A stretch of DNA of 40,000 bases from Candidatus Altimarinota bacterium (GTDB taxonomy: Bacteria; Patescibacteriota; Gracilibacteria; JBDHUY01): NCBI GenBank assembly GCA_039809385.1, contig JBDHUY010000006.1, positions 67,527 through 107,526 of the forward strand, given 5' to 3'. Each line of letters opens with the position of its first letter. Position 1 is the stretch's first letter. This document shows, one piece after another, positions 37,394 to 40,000 of the stretch. The notes under the pieces are model-generated. The model did not search any database. It saw only the letters and a program-made list of their open reading frames with translations, and had not been told where the DNA came from. The position numbers and the translations under genes were made by a program.

Positions 37394-37783
37394 ATGGCGC
37401 TTTTTTTGCTCGATAGCAACATCATAATCGATGCTCTAAACAGAAAAAATAACCAGGATAAAACAATACGCACATTGTTATTTCAAGAGCATGTTTTAGC
37501 CAGTTGTCCTATCACGATCTCGGAAGTATATGCTGGTATGCGCGATCATGAACGTGGGCGCATCGAAATATTGTTTGACTCCCTGCTCTTTCTGGAAATC
37601 ACAGAGCAGATCGCCCGTCAGTCCGGATTGCTGAAACGAGAATGGCAGCAAAAAGGGATAACTCTCTCGCTTCCCGATGCAACTTTGGCAGCGGTAGCCA
37701 TTGAAAACAATGCCATATTCGTAACCCAGAATGTGAAAGATTTTCCCATGCCTGAAATACACCTCTATCGGGATCTGCTTTAA
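37394..37783 (+). CDS. vapC: PIN-domain ribonuclease toxin (VapC-like)
   Basis: The N-terminus LLDSNIIIDAL carries the first PIN acidic residue. 129 aa, with a late ...LSLPDATLAAVAIENNAIFVTQNVKDF block typical of VapC. Confidence 0.75.
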   Translation: MALFLLDSNIIIDALNRKNNQDKTIRTLLFQEHVLASCPITISEVYAGMRDHERGRIEILFDSLLFLEITEQIARQSGLLKREWQQKGITLSLPDATLAAVAIENNAIFVTQNVKDFPMPEIHLYRDLL

Positions 37784-37797
37784 GCAAGTACGCCATA

Positions 37798-38655
37798 ATG
37801 AAGCCTAAAAAGAGATTCGGCCAGCATTTCCTGCGCGATGAAACCGTCCTGGACAGGATAGTGCAAGTAATAGATCCCACCCCGCAAGAAAACATCATCG
37901 AAGTAGGCTGCGGTACCGGGATTTTAACGAACGAGCTTCTGGCCAAGGGAGCAAACGTGCTGGGTCTTGAATTTGACCGAGACCTGATCCCGGTTTTACA
38001 AAAGAAATTCTCTGATCGGCCCAATTTTTCGCTGCTTCAACAGGATGTCTTGGATTTTATCCCCCAAACAGAAACCAGCTATACCCTGGTCGGCAATATT
38101 CCGTATAATCTGACGACGAAACTCTTTGAAAAAATCTTATTGTGGCCCCATAAGCCGAGAAGAATCGTTTTTCTGATCCAAAAAGAAGTTGCCCAGAAGG
38201 CGGTGAAGCAGGGCAAACACAATTCTCCCCTGGCCGTTTGTGTCGATATGCTGGGACACGCCTCCATCGCTTTTGACGTTCCGCCCTTTGTTTTTGATCC
38301 GCCGCCGAAAGTAGACTCGTCGGTGTTGGTTATAGAAGCGCCAGGAAAAAGAACAGACGATCCGTGGAAACTGTACGATTTTGTCCACAAAGTCTTCCGT
38401 ATGCCCAGAAAAACGCTACTGAATAATTTGAGTGCTATGTGGGGCAAAGACAGAGCAGGGGAAATTCTGCAAAAAGCCAACCTCGATCAAACCAGAAGGC
38501 CGGAAAGTTTATCGTTTGAGGAGCTGGATACGCTATTTAAAAAATATTGCAGATCTGACAATTGGAACGAATCAATCGAGAAGATGAATGGGATTTTGAA
38601 AAAGATTGATACAAAGAACCTTCCTTCTGCAAGAGAACAATTAGAAAATTTGTAA
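37798..38655 (+). CDS. rsmA: 16S rRNA (adenine1518/1519-N6)-dimethyltransferase
   Basis: KKRFGQHFL, EVGCGTGILT (SAM motif) and GNIPYNLTT are canonical KsgA/RsmA motifs. Confidence 0.9.
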   Translation: MKPKKRFGQHFLRDETVLDRIVQVIDPTPQENIIEVGCGTGILTNELLAKGANVLGLEFDRDLIPVLQKKFSDRPNFSLLQQDVLDFIPQTETSYTLVGNIPYNLTTKLFEKILLWPHKPRRIVFLIQKEVAQKAVKQGKHNSPLAVCVDMLGHASIAFDVPPFVFDPPPKVDSSVLVIEAPGKRTDDPWKLYDFVHKVFRMPRKTLLNNLSAMWGKDRAGEILQKANLDQTRRPESLSFEELDTLFKKYCRSDNWNESIEKMNGILKKIDTKNLPSAREQLENL

Positions 38656-38824
38656 CAGACACTGAAATAATAGCTGAGAATCTCTCTCTAAATCTATACA
38701 AAATCCGAGCAGGAAAGTCTTTCCGAAACGCAGCTTCGGTATCATTTCGACCGGACTCTGGAAGCATTATTTCGGGAAATTTTATGAAGCTTTTTGAAAA
38801 TCTTTTGAAGTTTTACAGCCGATA

Positions 38825-38853
38825 TGGGGGGATCCCACCGGAGTCGAACCGAG
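38825..38853 (-). other. tRNA 3'-end-like fragment (T-arm, acceptor 3' strand and encoded CCA) with no matching 5' half
   Basis: The minus strand reads CUCGG-UUCGACU-CCGGU-GGGAUCC-C-CCA, which includes a GGUUCGACUCC T-loop. No complementary 5' acceptor strand, D-arm or 7-nt anticodon loop lies within the next 150 nt. Confidence 0.3.
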
Positions 38854-38974
38854 TTTTTTGTTTCGGTGTAAACAACAGCAGGTGACGGTTTTTGAAGTAC
38901 GTTCATGGTCATAGTAAACAAGTCGACTAGTATTGTATCACTCAAAAAGAAAAGCATGAAGAATTGTTACGATT

Positions 38975-40000
38975 CTACCATTTCCACACTTTCTGCCATA
39001 AATCCTTTCCCTTCTCAACCAGGCCGGCAAACGGGTAGGTTCGAGGTGGCGGATCCGGTGAAGGCAATTGTTCGATTTTTTTCTGCAAGTCGGTGCAATG
39101 ATCGTAAAAAAGCGTATTGATATTTAACAGATCGGCCGGACTTTTGCTGTGAAAGATCGTGCGATGCAACAAGGCCCGGAGGCGGCTGTCCGTCATTTTT
39201 TTTGCAGCGAGTATTTCGGGGTGACCGCTTTTCCGGGGCGGAACAAATAGTTCCAACATTTTATAAAAACGATCCATCAGCACGGCTTCGAGTTTGGACC
39301 ACATAACTTCGCGCAGATACGAAGCTGCATCCGCTTGATTTCCGAGATAGTCGGGAGAAAGCGAGAGATGTAAGAAATGATACAGTTCTTGTGCATCCTT
39401 TTCCTGAAGCCAGCAATTTTCGGTAGCTGATCTGCTTTCGAGCACCGCGCCCAGACGCGTCGCAATATCCTGTGCCGTGTCTTTCAGGATCCAGCTGCGC
39501 ACCACATTACTCTGGAGGTAGAGGTTGATCGTATCGGTACCATCGCGATTTCCCCGCAGGACGGCTTGTTCGAGCTGGGTAAAAAAATCTTTACGATACC
39601 GCTCGCGCGCAGAAAGAAAAACAGGAAGAGTGTCCTGATTGTCAGCCTTGGCGCAACTTTCGAACATATCTCCCAGCTGACGTTCAATAGCTCGTTTTAC
39701 ATCTTTATAGAGCCTGTTGCGGAAAGTCATGTCTTCCAAAAAGATGGAAGCGTCCTCCTTCAGATCGGTATGGAGCCATTGTTCAAATCCGCGCGACAGG
39801 GTGTTCAGGCATTGCCCCAAACGATGAGCCCTGTTCAGCGAAAGATTTTCGGTGCCGGCAACCGCACGCTCCACCATCCCTGAAGCGAGCTGCGGTAGCG
39901 CATCGATATGATAAAGGCAGATATTGGTAAGGTAAAAGCGGTCTACTTGCGCGGTAAAAGATGAAGGCTGCCGAAGTCTGCTAAAAAACCATTCCCGGAA
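38975..40000 (-). CDS. hypothetical helical protein (partial); the frame stays open upstream of the annotated Met to the window end
   Basis: My own translation of 39878-40000 in frame shows no stop (FREWFFSRLRQPSSFTAQVDRFYLTNICLYHIDALPQLASG-MVERAV...), so the true start may lie beyond the window. No motif recognised. Confidence 0.55.
   Translation of the reverse strand, partial: FREWFFSRLRQPSSFTAQVDRFYLTNICLYHIDALPQLASGMVERAVAGTENLSLNRAHRLGQCLNTLSRGFEQWLHTDLKEDASIFLEDMTFRNRLYKDVKRAIERQLGDMFESCAKADNQDTLPVFLSARERYRKDFFTQLEQAVLRGNRDGTDTINLYLQSNVVRSWILKDTAQDIATRLGAVLESRSATENCWLQEKDAQELYHFLHLSLSPDYLGNQADAASYLREVMWSKLEAVLMDRFYKMLELFVPPRKSGHPEILAAKKMTDSRLRALLHRTIFHSKSPADLLNINTLFYDHCTDLQKKIEQLPSPDPPPRTYPFAGLVEKGKDLWQKVWKW

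Noticed and set aside
38742-38957. A 71-aa track ORF, and the idea of a complete tRNA or tmRNA gene at 38825-38915
   Set aside because: The ORF runs through the tRNA-like element and has no support. For a complete tRNA there is no 5' acceptor strand, D-arm or 7-nt anticodon loop. For a tmRNA the required 5' part would overlap the adjacent CDS, and the discriminator base is not the usual A.

Overview
This window looks like an uncultivated bacterium using the standard genetic code, since the long ORFs run uninterrupted. Almost none of the start codons I checked has a Shine-Dalgarno motif upstream.

Left third (1-15.5 kb): housekeeping tRNA-modification and proofreading genes (partial miaB, mnmA, dtd) sit among orphan genes. 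A carotenoid-type cluster is also here: crtI, crtB-like synthase, polyprenyl synthase, UbiA-family prenyltransferase and a GT2 glycosyltransferase. An EgtD-fold methyltransferase and a calcium-binding TSP3-repeat surface protein complete the region.

Middle (16.0-20.2 kb): a 23S-5S rRNA unit lies on the minus strand with no 16S or tRNA upstream. It has a 25-nt leader/trailer processing stem and an AT-rich expansion of a 23S domain I hairpin. A 104-codon ORF sits inside the 23S-5S spacer, and the extended 5S helix I doubles as a terminator.

Right half (20.7-36.9 kb): this is the most interesting part. A triple-SLH S-layer-type gene is separated by 1.2 kb of non-coding DNA from a divergent five-gene block of surface proteins. 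These carry cohesin-like, dockerin-like, IPT/TIG-like, PKD-like and FN3-like modules and have no recognisable catalytic domain. They are anchored in several ways: signal anchor, lipobox, and LPKTG-type or related C-terminal sorting signals. The block is preceded by a promoter, 50-codon ORF and terminator cassette.

The window ends with a vapBC-like toxin-antitoxin pair, rsmA, a tRNA 3'-end-like fragment and a partial orphan gene.

Lineage is only an inference. The unlinked and expanded rRNA, Asn/Gly-rich linkers, a Gram-positive-type envelope toolkit and many orphans fit a small-genome candidate phylum (CPR/Patescibacteria-like), but this window cannot prove it.
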